From contig JAQGDQ010000163.1 of assembly GCA_030141605.1 (NCBI GenBank), forward strand, positions 372,001-436,000: a stretch of 64,000 nt of DNA, given 5' to 3'. Under the pieces are notes generated by a model, which was given only the letters and a program-made list of their open reading frames with translations, had not been told where the DNA came from and searched no databases. Position 1 is the stretch's first letter; each line of letters starts with the position of its first letter. Source of the DNA: Tubiluchus corallicola (lineage: Eukaryota; Animalia; Priapulida). Shown piece after piece: positions 24,328 through 37,977 of this stretch. A program made the position numbers and the translations under genes.

Positions 24328-27300
24328 TTTTAAACTGTCAAAGCACAGTCGAATGTTGTCATTCTTGTCCATGTCTAGATATGTGAGAATCAGCTTCAAT
24401 GCTCGATGCTCGAATGCAAAACTCAACAGCTGAAAAAAATCATAAGAAATCACAGCAACTATGACACTGTGACGTAAAATAAACAAATAAGGTCACCTTG
24501 AGTTAAATCAGACCATCTTGAGGTGCAACCAGACTTGGACACAATTCTATTTTTCAGATTGGAATTACGAAATTTTTATGGTTGAGTCATAAAGATGAAA
24601 TATTACCAAAGTTACCTTGTAAAAAATTCAGTTTCAAATAAAATGCTACAGTACCTTCCAGTTGATTCAATTAGATTATTTCATGATAAAAGCCAGCAGT
24701 TTTAAAATGAATTTCTAATGCTGTACAAAAATGTACATTTTACTGCTTTTTCTACATAGTAATGCCATTGTTAAAGAAAGTGTTGACGAACAAGGTGACA
24801 AGCATAAATAGTTAAAACACAAAATCACAGAAATCTCGAAAAGCTTGACTTGAAATTTTATACGTGTTTAACTCACTCATAGTTTCACTGTAAAGCCTAT
24901 GTACTGTAACTATGTTACAAATTTAACACCACCTAAAGCTTGAAAATTTAACAAACTTCTAGGTAATGACAAACCGAAACGAATTCTAGTTAAATGCACG
25001 AACCACTGGCTTAGTTGAAATAAGTTACAGCATTTTTGAATCTGCTATAAAACATTTCTTGCACACTGGATTGCTAACTTAAACAATCTGATTTAGCAAG
25101 ATTTCTTTCTGGCAGAAGAAAAAACTGCTTATATAACTTCATATTGTTAATTTTTATGACATTCCAGAAAGTTCTGCTGATCCTCTTTCATAAATAATCA
25201 CACAAAAATAGATATCCACCTCAAGACAATATGATCATTTTAAAGAAGCCACTTGAGACAAAATGTATGCAGCTTGTTTTTGCTGCTTACTTGTTCTCGA
25301 GGCTATAAAAGGAAAAAGCATTAGTGATTAACTTGTAAACATAATTTGTGTTTAAATGACACGATCACTTTTTAATCTTCACACTAAGAAGGACAGACGT
25401 CTGTAGAATTTAGAAAACCTATAACAGTTCTTGATCCCCAAAAAAATCACAAAACCTCCGACATATACCTCTTGGTATTCTCCCATCGGTGTAAGATATC
25501 GCAGAATAAGCATTTGCTGCAACTCTGCTGTCAGCGGCCACATCTCGTATCGACCAATCACGAATTTCGACATTTCCGACCATCCGGAGCTGTTAGAGTC
25601 ATGCACATGAAAATGGTGTTTCCCATCCGCCTGCAAATGCGATCATTTGTTATTAATATGTCAAGATGGGCATGAGTGTCTCCATTTTCATTACTTTTTC
25701 CATGGCGTCTACCCAATATATAGTGTATTTTACGGCTTAAGCAATACTAAATCCATTATAACTGCTTCAAAGAACATAGTGACATTCTAACGCACACAGG
25801 TGAAAATGGGAATATAGAAACTTGACATAAAGTTTACTTTTTTATTTACATATAGCAAGTCCTCACTTAATGAGGCTAATGCATTCTAGCAAAACGTGAC
25901 ATTGAGCGAAGAGTTGTTACACGAAGCCAAGATTTCCATAGAAAGTACTGTAAAACAGTTGAGATTCAGAAACAAAAATGAATGTTACTTGATTCATATA
26001 AATTACATCACTTTTAAGAATTTTATTTATATTTCTAGTGATTAATTTCCTTCTGCTAGATTCAAATCACCCATCTTTCTTACCGATACCTAGTCAGTGA
26101 TTCTCTCAGTTAACAATAAAGCCCTACCGAGTTAGCAGTTAAACACTTAGATTAACATCCAAACCTGGACGAGACTTGGTACAATTTCGTCTAGATACTG
26201 GTTGCTATAGAAACAAGTTGCTGGCAAAATTCCACTTGCACCCAAGTTGATTGTTGCCAAGAAACTTTTTGTTTTATTTTAACCAAAAGGTATCATAAAT
26301 AATGAAAACAGCATCTCTTAAAATGCTCCTTAGAAACTGTGTCATACCGACAATGTGAAATACAGTCAGTCAGCATCATCAATATCAGCTCATATCACTA
26401 ACATGATCATCCACGTACATAGTAATGAAGCTTTACAAGTATGTCATTGTCAAACATCTTGTTGTTTTAGTAGGTTCTACCTCAAAATTGCGGACTTTGC
26501 ATTTTGTTTTCATTGTCAGCAGTGGAAAGTTATCTGCTCTATTAGTAGAAGAAATATTCTACTAATTCTAAAAATATTCGAAAAATCTTCCCAAATGTGA
26601 AGAAATAACTTTTTTCAATGACAAAAATGCAAAACTTACTTGATTATTTACACAATGTGCAGGTAATGCATTATCATCTGAGGCTAACACAGCATCAGCC
26701 AAACTGTTATTATTCATCCGTGATTCTTTATTCAGATGTGAAAACGGCCGCTCAGGAATCACGCACATAGATTTGGAAGGTGGAGATTTTACACCTGTGA
26801 ATGGTGGACTGGAGAAGGACTTAAATGGGCCATCATGACCAGCTTGTTGACATTGCAAATTACGTGTCGGCTTTGACATTTCTAACTGCATTTTAGCAAG
26901 TCGCTGTAACATGGTCGGCACCTGTCAATGATATATACAAAAATATAAAAACTATATTAAATTAAATTGAGAAATTTAGCAATTTAGTAAACACAACTGA
27001 CCATTTTGGATAACTGGGACTACTTACTTAAATATAAATTCAAACAACAAGAAACAAAGACACTAAATCACTGTAATAAAGAGACAATAGAGAGAAGTTT
27101 ACCAGGGACAGATTCCCCACACACAGAAACCCATAAGCATTTTTGCAAAAGTTACTCATAAGTTTTCTATATAAGCTTAAAGCGCAAGAAAACCCCCCAC
27201 TTACATAAAGATTAAAAATTCGACTTGAAATTTTATACCACTTTCATACTGTTTGCATACAAGACTTTGCATGCGCCGGCACTAATGCTGTAGAAAACAT

Positions 27301-30300
27301 GCAAATTTAAACTGGAACGACGTCCGTTAGACGAAGCCATTTTGACAATAAGTTATTTGAAACAAGTTTAGATAATACTGAGTAAAGTTTGAATAAATAA
27401 TCATAGCATTTGTAGCATACGTCACTAACTAAGTAAAATGTTACATTACTGTACCTTGTCAATAAGATTAAAAAAACATTTTTGGTTAGTGAGTGGCACA
27501 ACTGGAGGGTGAGCCAGCAACATTTTACCAATTGGCACATACATTTTAAATTTATATTTCAAGTTACATAAAAATTTCTAATAGGTAGGTGAAATGCTAA
27601 GTAATATAGATTTGCATAGAAAGTGTTTTAGGACACAATTCAACATTGCCTTTTCTCCTCAACAAATGATTTACATTTGCGTAAGTGAAGTCATGTAATG
27701 GCGCCATTGGAACAGTATTGTGGGAGATTTGAAATGAAAACAAACAAAAAATCTTTTTAGCATATGATATATACATAAAATTGCTGTAAAATAATATAAT
27801 TTTTCAAGGCGATTTTTCTGAAACCTACTTCAGGTACCGATTTTCTAGTTCTTTAAGGCTTGCAAAAAACTGCAAAATTAATTACATTTGCAAATTTCGC
27901 TTAAAAATAATAACTATTTAGCTCCACACTCACAATTTTCCTGCTTTCAGTGTCATAAATTTTTGCACTATATTATTTCAGCTGTTTTGGGTTAAAGAAA
28001 AACAATACAAAGAACTAATAACCTAATGGATTATTTCTCGGACAGTAACCTGAGCAAACTGAAGTTCCAAAAAAAAATGTAAAATACTAAAAGGTTCACA
28101 CAGAAGGGCATTTAAAATAAAAGAACAGAACTTTTAATAATTTACAAATTTCATTAACAGAGGCTCACAACAGCAAAACTGATTTCACAATATTTAGCAC
28201 TCTCACGTGTGAGTTGCTCTTCAACTGTTTCATTATTCTAGAATGAAAAACATAAGGATCAAACTTGTGTTTTTTCGTGCGGCTAATCAAAATACTAGTA
28301 GGTATTAAGAAAAAAATCCAAAATACAATTCATGAAGAATAAACATACTTACATATAATATAACTCATACTTACATATATCACACATAACAGAATGTGAC
28401 CTGTAAAATTCAATTACAAACCAAACAACTGACAAAAACATAACTTGCTAATGAATTATTTATGGTGATTATCCAACATATCACCTACCAATGCAGCATT
28501 CTGATCTCGGTAATTAGCAGCAATCGCCTGCAGCTCCATTGCAGCTGCCAGCAGTCCGGTAGCATACGATCTCAGTGGTTCCTCGGCATTTTGAGCCCAC
28601 TGAAACAACCGATCTACTAAGCCTTCAGTTTCCTGGAAGATTACAGAAACTTCCAGACCGGGAAGAATGTCCAGCATCAGTCGACAGGCGGCAGTATTTA
28701 GCTCCACATTTTCGCGGCTGCTGACGACATAATTCTTTACCAGCTAGAAAGTTGCAAAAAGTCATTAGTTAAAATTATTTAGTGCAGTAGATAGAGAAAT
28801 CACAGTAGCAACTATACCAATTGTTTCACAAATGAATACTGTCAAAAACTCAAGCTGCAGATATTATTCACTGCAATCTGCAAAAAAGATCTGGTAAAAA
28901 CCAATATGGGAAATCATTTAAGAAATTGTTGCATGTTAATTCTGTTTCTCTTATTCTAGCTGATGTTATATACTAACAAAACACTGGTAAAGTTCTAAAA
29001 CAGTTGATGCCAATAATTTCAGAGTCAAGCAAATGTTATAATAACAGTAGTTTAATTCAAGTAATAAATCCAGAAATTTAGAAAAAGTGAGCCTTTTCAC
29101 GCAAGCAAAGCCGTTAATTTTCCTGACAGCTCCACACAATCGATGATCAAAAAATGCACAGGGATTTGAGTAACAAACAAAAATAAATAATTGACCCAAG
29201 CTTTGAAGTTAAACTTCACATAGACGAAATACATTTTTACATACACATACATTTTCCAAGCTATAAAAAATTGAGCAGGCAAATTTTTTATACAAGAAAA
29301 ACTGCACACGAGTTAAATAAGAAATTTTAAACACCGTTATGCCAGCAGCTCATCACCAATGCCTCAATAAACCAGTCCCATCTACACAGATTCAATTTAA
29401 AATCTAAGTGTGTTTTATTTAAAAGACCTTACCTAACCTACATTACCTCTTATACCATAAATATCTACAAGCAAATGACTTATGGCCGTACCTTATTCAT
29501 AAAGTTATCATTCTTGAACAATGCCTTTAAGATGTGGCCCAGTCCACAGTTTGGATCTGCTCGCACTGGATGACGATCATCAAATGGATCCGGATCCAGT
29601 TTCAGAAATGCCCGAGTCTCTTTCTCTACGATTTCAGCAATTCTGAAATTAATAATACATGTAAATGATTTTATGGACAACATTACATTACGGTAGTTGT
29701 TACTACCTTAAAAATACTAAACACTGCATATCAGGTTCTACGCTGGTAACTTATCTAGTCCACAAAAATACTATTAAATACATGCAAAAAGCAAATGGAA
29801 AAAATTCAGAAAACTTTATACCTTAAACATGTATATACAAAAACAACATCAAAATTAATGCCTATCAATGTCATATGTCCTAATAGATAATTGTTTGGCT
29901 TTACTTTAGCTTTAGCTTAGACACAGCCACATGAAAAATGTTAAGTAGCCCACAGCTGCACTTGGCTGCACTGTCCCATCATTTAAATATTATTACTCAA
30001 ATTAGACTTTGTGCACATATGTGACTGCAAGTAAATGCATCAGATGAAAAATAATGATCAAACCAATCAAATTCTATGGTAGGATCCTAATTCTCTCCAC
30101 ACGTACAAAGAAACACTTTAACAACTAGTGCCAAAGTAATTTGGAATGGCTTTTGTACACTAGTGATTCACACTCGTAACATGTATTACACTGCAAAAGT
30201 TTATACACTGCAACTTCACGTAAAGCACTACCTTACAAATAATTCAAACAAATACCCACTTAGTTAAAATTTGTATAGGCTCTGGGTTTGACGACTGTTG

Positions 30301-30360
30301 CTCTGCTTCCCATTTTTCCAAGACAGATGCAAGTTCTTCGGTCGAATCCAAGGCTGGCAT
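24328..30360 (-). CDS. DCAF1: DDB1- and CUL4-associated factor 1 (VprBP), first 6 coding exons, 351 codons: 30360-30260, 29642-29492, 28743-28489, 26921-26640, 25630-25469, 24429-24328
   Basis: Spliced translation contains DPDPFDDRHPVRADPNCGLGHILKALFKNDNFMN, LNTAACRLMLDILPGLE, PLRSYATGLL and LILRYLTPMGEYQE, all diagnostic of DCAF1. All junctions GT-AG and in phase. The last visible exon ends at a donor (AAA|GTAAGT), not a stop. 5' UTR acceptor at 30449. Confidence 0.92.
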
Positions 30361-30899
30361 TTTTAAGTGCAAAATGCTTGGTGGTCTACAAAGCTATTCC
30401 TAACATAATCTTTAATAAGCCATGGATGAACACAACCATCTGGTGATTCTGAAAAATAGCCATGATAAATAAACCTAAAGTGAAATTTATTTTATTACCA
30501 TTTACCTGAAGAGACTACATAAATATACATATAATGCACAAATGACCACAAAAAAGTCAAAGTTCATGCCTTCAGGCTTGCATTTTAATAATATATTGAT
30601 ATCGTGTTTACATGCAATAATACAGTTACAGCAGATACAATAATTGCTCTGTAATTTTGACTTCAAGCTGCTAAAATCCACGTTAAAAGTTGCCTATAAG
30701 CAAAATATTACAGCATACGTAATATAATTTGGGCATGTTCGAATAATATGCACAAACATAGCTATTTTTACTACCTACACATTATATACTAATTATAAGC
30801 ACAAAATACGCTAATCATTATTTATAGTGACTGCTTGAATAAAATACATGCGCCGTGCCACGCATTATCTAATTAAACTAATTACAAGATTACACAAAA

Positions 30900-31365
30900 C
30901 AAGGAAAACTTGCGTAATCTCTTAAGTACAAGACCTTCACCAATTGCTACGTTATTTCAACTAAAGAGAAAATGTGGTTACACGCTGTAAGCTTAATAAT
31001 TGCTATTAATATTTCAAAAAGCTTTGCAATTAAAACTTTCGAAAACAATTAAATAAAACTAAAGTAAAAGGCGCACACTGAAACAACGCAAAATTTTCGC
31101 CGCCATGCCATGATTTACGATCTTAGACTGGTACACGCTTTTCTTTGACTAAAACAACAAGTAACCACTAAAGGCACGAGCGCCCCTCTAAACATAAGCG
31201 TGACCTAAACAACATCATTGCGTGTATAGTACAGTAGAAACAAAAAGCTTTTTTATGAATTACTACGACTGGTATAACGCTTTGGAAGAAAAAGTGCTGG
31301 TGTAGATCACTTAAATTAAGTAGATTATTACTTTACCTAAATCCCTCCTATTGTTTGATTTCACA
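30900..31365. promoter_or_regulatory. Probable bidirectional promoter region, DCAF1 / TMA7
   Basis: Head-to-head start codons only ~1 kb apart, locally more CpG, YY1-like CGCCGCCAT near 31098. Inferred, not mapped. Confidence 0.45.
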
Positions 31366-34300
31366 ATGTCTGGTCGAGAAGGTAATATACACAATAAATT
31401 TTACTAATTTTTAATAATTATTGTTAGCCTTAAGTTTTAGGTTGCATAAAATAACCTAGCCGCACTGCTCTCCTTATAGACTATACAAATTATCTACAGT
31501 TTAATTTTCTGTTTGCTCTTGTTGTGAGTTAAAAAGATTTAGCTTTACTTGGAGGAGGACCCGAGGGCATTATACGCGTTCCTTCTCCTCATAGTTCAAG
31601 AGAGTTTATTCATTTCCACAATGCATCTTACAATTATCATTAAAATACAGATAATTATCCATTTAAGTAAATATAATATAAATAAATGCGGTATTATCGA
31701 GAAATTACAGAATGCGGGATATACATGTGCAATTTCATTACATAATAATTTTGATGCATACAGTTTGAGCCTAAAAGCATAGCTTGACAGGCCAAACTGT
31801 ACGTGGAAATCTTAAAAAAAAAGTGGGGGGAGTAGTGAATGAAAGATGAAATGGAGCGAGAACTAAGAAAAACTGTGATCATGGTTACAAAGTGTTCAGT
31901 AACCTGTTGAGCATAGTCACGTTATATTAAGATTACTGTGGAAAAAAATGCAGGTTATTACCATTATCAAATTGTGTTACTCTTAATACTTTTGAAATAT
32001 TTCTTTTCTGACGGTTTTTTAAAAGTTAAAAGGGAGTGACTACATTTTGAATTGCGGCTTAGTCTGTTCCATAGGACTGGTCCCATATAGCTAATGAAGT
32101 GTTTCGCCATATTTGTTCTACAACGTCTTGGTATATATTCATTATGTCTGGTATTGTATTTTTTTACATTTATCTTAACTGGATTTTCAAAAAAAGTTGG
32201 AAATAAGTTGTTGTTGGTTCTATACATGTATATACATCCATTAAAATTAATAACATCATCCAGAAGTAATAATTGACATTGCTTAAAATGTGTAGTAGTA
32301 ATTGTGCTCCTTTTGTCTAGTTTGAAGATGACACGTAAAAATTTTCGTTGTAAAACTCTTAAGCATTACGCATTAAGCCTTAAGATTAAGCGTAGTGAAT
32401 CGTATTACTTACAATGCGACGTTATGTCTATATTACTGCATTAAAATACCGTCTCAAATACATTTTTAATCTCATAACAAATGAATTGAGGTTTCATTTC
32501 TGACTCATTACATAGTTTAACTGGTGACTAAACATGAAAGAATTATCCTTTGTAATAATCCTTCGGATACAACTTTGGAGAGATAGCATAAATTTTTTTT
32601 ATGTAAAATGCGAGAGAGAAAACGTGTGATATTACAATCGATAGAGGTTTAACAAGAGAGACAACTATGGGCAAAAAGCCTACTTACAGGCTTCGCCCTG
32701 TCGATCTTCGGTAATGTAATAAAGTAAGTTTCAGTTCATCAAAACCATTTACATTAAACATTACTGCCATGGCATGTAGAGTGTCAGAATTTACAAGAAA
32801 TCAACTTTATCAGGGTTAGTGAATACAGTGTAGCTAAACAACTTAAAACTAATCTCTAATAATATTTTTTCAGGAGGAAAAAAGAAGCCACTGAAAGCTC
32901 CAAAGAAAGCAAAAGGAGACATGGACGAGGTAAGACAGAAGCCCATTAACTCGAAACAAGTTAGTTACTGTTTGTAACCACTATTATTATAATATTTGAC
33001 ATTTCAGCAATATGCATTCAACTTTGTTCGCTAACGTCTTATCTTTGGGGCCCAAGAAACCACTAACAAAATACAGTGTGTGCTATTTCATAAATCCACC
33101 TTGGAACAAAGCTAAATGGATTTTTAAGCGGCTGGATTTACAAACCGAAGAGACCTATTAAGTAGCATTTTCTACTTTAATACAGTGTGTGATGTTTATT
33201 TATGAAGTCAATACACTTAGCATTCAGCAAACTGCTTGCAAAAAATTCTTAAGTAAAGTGCAATAATTTATTAGCATTTGCACGATTAAAGTAACTCGCA
33301 TAAAGTTAGTATGTATTGTTTATCTTTGATGCCATTACTTTTTATATGTTTGTACCTGCTTGCCAAGTTAAAAATATGTGTATCTTTGATATCAGCGAGA
33401 TCTAGCATTCATTTATTTGATTCATGTTCTCACTGGCACAATGGCTTATCAGTTAGAATCTGCATTTTTGTTTAACCTAATTACATATGCAAAACAAGTA
33501 GGTATATGCACACCATCATACTGCATACAGATAAGTTTAAACGTGTTTATTGTTCATTCTAGTCTGTTTTAGTGGGAAAGTTTTTTTCGAAGATGCAATT
33601 GAATGTCTTGCTTGAGTTCGGTGAAATATCGCATGTTTGAATAGTCACTGTTGTACAGTGCACAGTGCAGTATTTCCAGCATGCGTCGCATGTAATACAG
33701 TAATACATGCGATACAGTAATTCCTGCTTCATCATGGTCATCACCGCAGTCATGCAAAGTTGCAAACAGTGCTTAGAACAAAGATACTGATCTAGTTCAA
33801 GTTAAGATGCAGGACAATTGTGTGGTCTTACATCACAATTTTGTTCTCTTCACAGCCCGCAAACCGCAAGGTATATTTACAAAGTGAAGCTAAGATTTAA
33901 TAAACAGCGGATTTTACTAGGTTAAAGTATTATACTCTTTCATTCCAGCAATAGTGTCACAATAAATGGATGGATTTATCATCCCTGAATTTATCAAGCA
34001 GATACTACTGTATAAGTTATCTGCCTGGTTTTAGGCATTAAAAGGAATTTGGATTTGAGATTTTCTTTAGCTAATTTTCGTTTCCAAGGGGCTTAAACTA
34101 CATTTCATGATTCTAAAGTCATCGGTCACTTATAGATCAAAAGTAGATAAGATGGGCAAAGTGCCCTACAGTGAATTTCTCTTTCTTCGTGTAAAAAATG
34201 TTTAGCCAGGCGACATGTACCTTCCGCAGTAACAACGATGCAAGCATGCCCATAAAGCGAAGCTTTAGACAACTCGCCGTGTCTGCACAGCATACCTTTG

Positions 34301-34688
34301 TTGAACCAAAAAGGTCAATATATACATTCCAAGTCCTCTTCTAAAAGACTTGCATAAACACTGTAAAACTGCTGACTGACTGTTGATTTTCAAATTTTAC
34401 AATTATAGGAAGATATAGCATTTAAGCAGAAACAAAAAGAACAGCAAAAAGCATTGAAAGAAGCTTCAGACAAAGCAAAACAAAAAGGACCAATGGGTAA
34501 GAGCATTTTTAAATGTTTTCAAATCAGTAAATAAGTGTAGTAGCACTATGTATGTTCAACTGTGCAATAAAATTAATTTTAAATTGTGTCAGTACAGTAC
34601 TTATTGATATGCTAGCTACAAATTTAATATTTCTTTACTGCTTTCTCTTTCAGCTGGTACAGGAATTAAAAAATCAGGCAAGAAATAA
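31366..34688 (+). CDS. TMA7: Translation machinery-associated protein 7, 64 aa; exons 31366-31381, 32874-32929, 34409-34496, 34654-34688
   Basis: [64 protein letters not shown]. All GT-AG. AATAAA at 34954 and 34964. Missed by the ORF track. Confidence 0.95.
31590..32360 (-). mobile_element. 3' fragment of a CR1/L2-group LINE in TMA7 intron 1
   Basis: ORF 32227-31967 (..YNTRHN..CRTNMAKHFISYMGPVLWNRL..SHSLLTFKK) has the typical post-RT C-terminal pattern. Boundaries approximate. Confidence 0.6.
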
Positions 34689-35918
34689 CACAGAGGCTGC
34701 TTTTAGTTTATTACATTCTCATATTTATTCCGTGCTAAACAACAGATTTATCGTATCATGAATTATACTAAACTGTTTAATGAACAACTTAACAATTTTA
34801 AAGTGTAAGAAATGTGTGCAGTTCTGAATAACACTTAATCACTTGTAAATCATAACATTTCTATTTTAAGACTAACATACTACAGAGTGATATTTTAAGA
34901 TTGATATCGTTGTTTGTCTTGCCTTGTACATAACACCATCATTTTTTAATATGAATAAAGTACAATAAACTTATTTAGTTGTTTTACTTTTTCATTACAT
35001 TTTTGCATTTAATAAATCTGTTCTTAACTGTTTACATAGTTTTGCAAGTAGCTATACAGCATTTAGACTGACATCCGTCACTTAGAAAGCTTTGGGGTAC
35101 TCAACCTATCTTGATAAAAGTTGAGACTACAAATCAAAAATGGAACTTTAATAACTTTTAAGACATTTTCTAAATGGTATAGTAGCCAAGTTGTTTCATT
35201 TCTACTCTTAGATGAGATGAGGGGCCCCCATTGAAAATCTCAAAGATATGTGGTACAGAAGTTTTGCCATATGAGATTAATATTAGTAGCAATTAACATT
35301 ACATCCAAATTCAAAAACTGTTCTTCATAAAATTACACCTTGCAAAAAATTTGCACAATTGCTACATTGCAACAAGTATTTGAATTTTAGTACATCATAA
35401 TTATCACAGTTTTTCAACAGCACATCGAAAAACAGCCCAATAAGTCGGTGAATTAGCATCATAATTGATTGATTAAAAAAGGCACAAAATCTTAATAATA
35501 ATATTGATTATAATAACTTCCATCACATATTTGTTGAATGTAGATAATCTGTCCCAGTCACGCACGCAAGCAGTGGGTTTAGCTGCACAATCTGCTCAGA
35601 CACAAGCGCATGGTTTTACTGTAAAATTTTTAAACTGTGCAATCTGAGTGAGCCTGTATATGAGTATATGCAAAAATATATAATAAAATACAATAAAAGA
35701 TAGTAAATCTATGTGGACACACTTATGTAGACGCATTTTGATGTCCAATTTAAAAAGTCACTAAATTCACAGACGTTTCTTAAATCTAGTTATATACACT
35801 TGAATACATGATCTGTACACATTAAATGTTGCAAAATCAATATTTGTACAGGATGTACTGACAGCTGTTTTTTATTGATTACTATTACATTCAAATCGTA
35901 TTTCATCCATTTTTTGTG

Positions 35919-36533
35919 TCAACTTTGCGCGCATTTCCTACACTGGCCTATAATGTACGTATAGAGTTTTGAATCAACCATCACTCCACCAGCTTCAAAT
36001 TCATTAATTTTTTTAAGTAAGTCATTCATAGGTAGCAGAACGACATCCACAAATTCACCTTCGTCTGTTGCCTGTTTTGGTGACTGATTTTCGACAACAT
36101 CCCCATCTATCTCCACAAAAACTAGAGTTTCCAGTGAGTTTCCAATGCCAGGATCAAGACATGTTGGTGGACCCACGTGAACTATACTTCCCACATAACC
36201 AGTTTCTTCTTTTAGTTCTCTTAATGCTGCTTCTGATGTTGTTTCACCATCATCAATCAACCCAGCTGGAAATTCTAATGTGTAAACATTCAATGGCGGT
36301 CGGTATTGCTTCACACAAACCAAATGGTCTGGCAGTGAACGCTTCTTGAGAGTTGCAATTACGCCCACGCCATCCGTACCCACATCCGCCTTTCTTGTTG
36401 TTCGTTCGACAGACTCCCACAGTCGTTCCATTCCTGCCTCATCGCAATAAGTGATCTCGAAAAGTTCCAGCCATTTGTTCCTGCATAGACTTGTCTTTTT
36501 GAGCTGAGTTGACTTTTTTGCAGATTTTGCCAT
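35919..36533 (-). CDS. NUDT5: ADP-sugar pyrophosphatase (Nudix hydrolase), 204 aa, single coding exon
   Basis: WESVERTT, DGVGVIA, VKQYRPP, LEFPAGLIDDGETTSEAALRELKEETGY (Nudix box), CLDPG, DEGEFVDV. Splice acceptor 20 nt upstream of the ATG (36554-36555). Confidence 0.92.
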   Translation of the reverse strand: MAKSAKKSTQLKKTSLCRNKWLELFEITYCDEAGMERLWESVERTTRKADVGTDGVGVIATLKKRSLPDHLVCVKQYRPPLNVYTLEFPAGLIDDGETTSEAALRELKEETGYVGSIVHVGPPTCLDPGIGNSLETLVFVEIDGDVVENQSPKQATDEGEFVDVVLLPMNDLLKKINEFEAGGVMVDSKLYTYIIGQCRKCAQS

Positions 36534-37004
36534 TTTTGGTGAACTTCTTATGTCTAAAAATGGAAAAAAATTGATGAAAGTTCTAAACAGTTAAAAACTA
36601 GAGTCTTGAAACTGTATCACCTATAAGGTAGTTTTAAATCAGAATAAGTGGAATAAACAACTCTGCCAGCCTAATATTATGGATGCTTTAGTTACCTTGG
36701 GGCATTCTAAATATTATGTTGTACGAAGCAACTCGGTGCTAAATATTAATGAGATGGAATTAATTACAAGCTTAGTTAATTATGTATCACTTGTAAATAA
36801 TCTAGTAGTACTAACTAGGTCCTTTCATTCTGTGATCAGAGCAATGTATTATGTTGAATTTCCACTCGCTTCCTTTACAATTTGCCTAAGGGAAAAATGA
36901 AGGTGCTGGAATCCATAATAGTAAAGATACAACGGTGTCTCACAGATTAATGTATTGTGTAGTAATGTATCTAGTTTCACCATGAAACATTAACCTCCTG
37001 TTAT

Positions 37005-37007
<3 letters not shown>

Positions 37008-37039
<32 letters not shown>
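37008..37039. repeat. (AG)n microsatellite
   Basis: Direct reading. Confidence 0.9.
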
Positions 37040-37041
<2 letters not shown>

Positions 37042-37977
37042 CAATATATAATCACAATGCAAGACACTGATAATGCAGAAAAGTATGAATCTAGGTTGAA
37101 TCTTCTGAAGGGCATGGTGCAGTGCCGTTTCAATTCAATTCAATAGATTTATTTCGCAATAAACAAATACTTATGCATTACAAGTACACTGATAATCGAT
37201 CTAGACACCTAAGAAGCTAGTTTATAATAGGCCACTAGAATTAGTTGTGAGAAAAATAACAACATATTACCAGTAGTTAGTATGAGTTACAGTGGGCGTT
37301 AGTAGTATTTTATAATTACGATGTAAACTGATGGTTGGTACACGGAAATGATAAATGTTTTAACACATTTGCTAAGCATTTGTGAAGGAGGCATCACTTG
37401 ATTATACTATATGGAGGTGTGCACTGCATATATAGGTGGGAACTAATAACTACATTATTATCCTTGATAGGAAGTTTTTGAAAACGAAAATGAACATGAA
37501 AATGAAAGCTGTAGGTTCATAATTAATAATTATTAGAATATGGGACTAGCTCAACTCCTTATGTTATGATTACATAATGAATACTCATACAAATTAAAAG
37601 AGTGAACTATCAGCAACTAATCATATAATTAAGGTCGTTACAGTTCATGAACTTCATACAGTACCCGGCACAGTTCACTCAGTACAAACCCTAATGTCCT
37701 AAGTTCATTATCGTTCATTACAAAGGTTCGTTACTGTTCATCAACTACTGGTTCACTTGACCATAACAATCCACATCAACTATAACTTAACAGCAGATTA
37801 ACTTGTCGTGTGAACTCTTCAAAACCTGAAAATAACCAAGCTGGATCTGCTGCAAACAGAAAAACAGCACTTATCACCCTAAGTTACTTACGAGTTTCAC
37901 AGAACATTGAGCAAGTATATATAGTTTTTCTATGCTGCAAATTGTTTGAATTCATTAGATTTTTGTTTCTCTGCTTT

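Noticed and set aside
31178-31193. CTCF-like motif in the DCAF1/TMA7 promoter
   Set aside because: TAGAGGGGCGCTC has the wrong G-run spacing for the consensus.
34200-34330. H/ACA snoRNA in TMA7 intron 2
   Set aside because: An AGACAA box, a hairpin and a terminal ACA are present, but the stems are weak and box spacing is not convincing. It would need an Infernal/snoReport hit.
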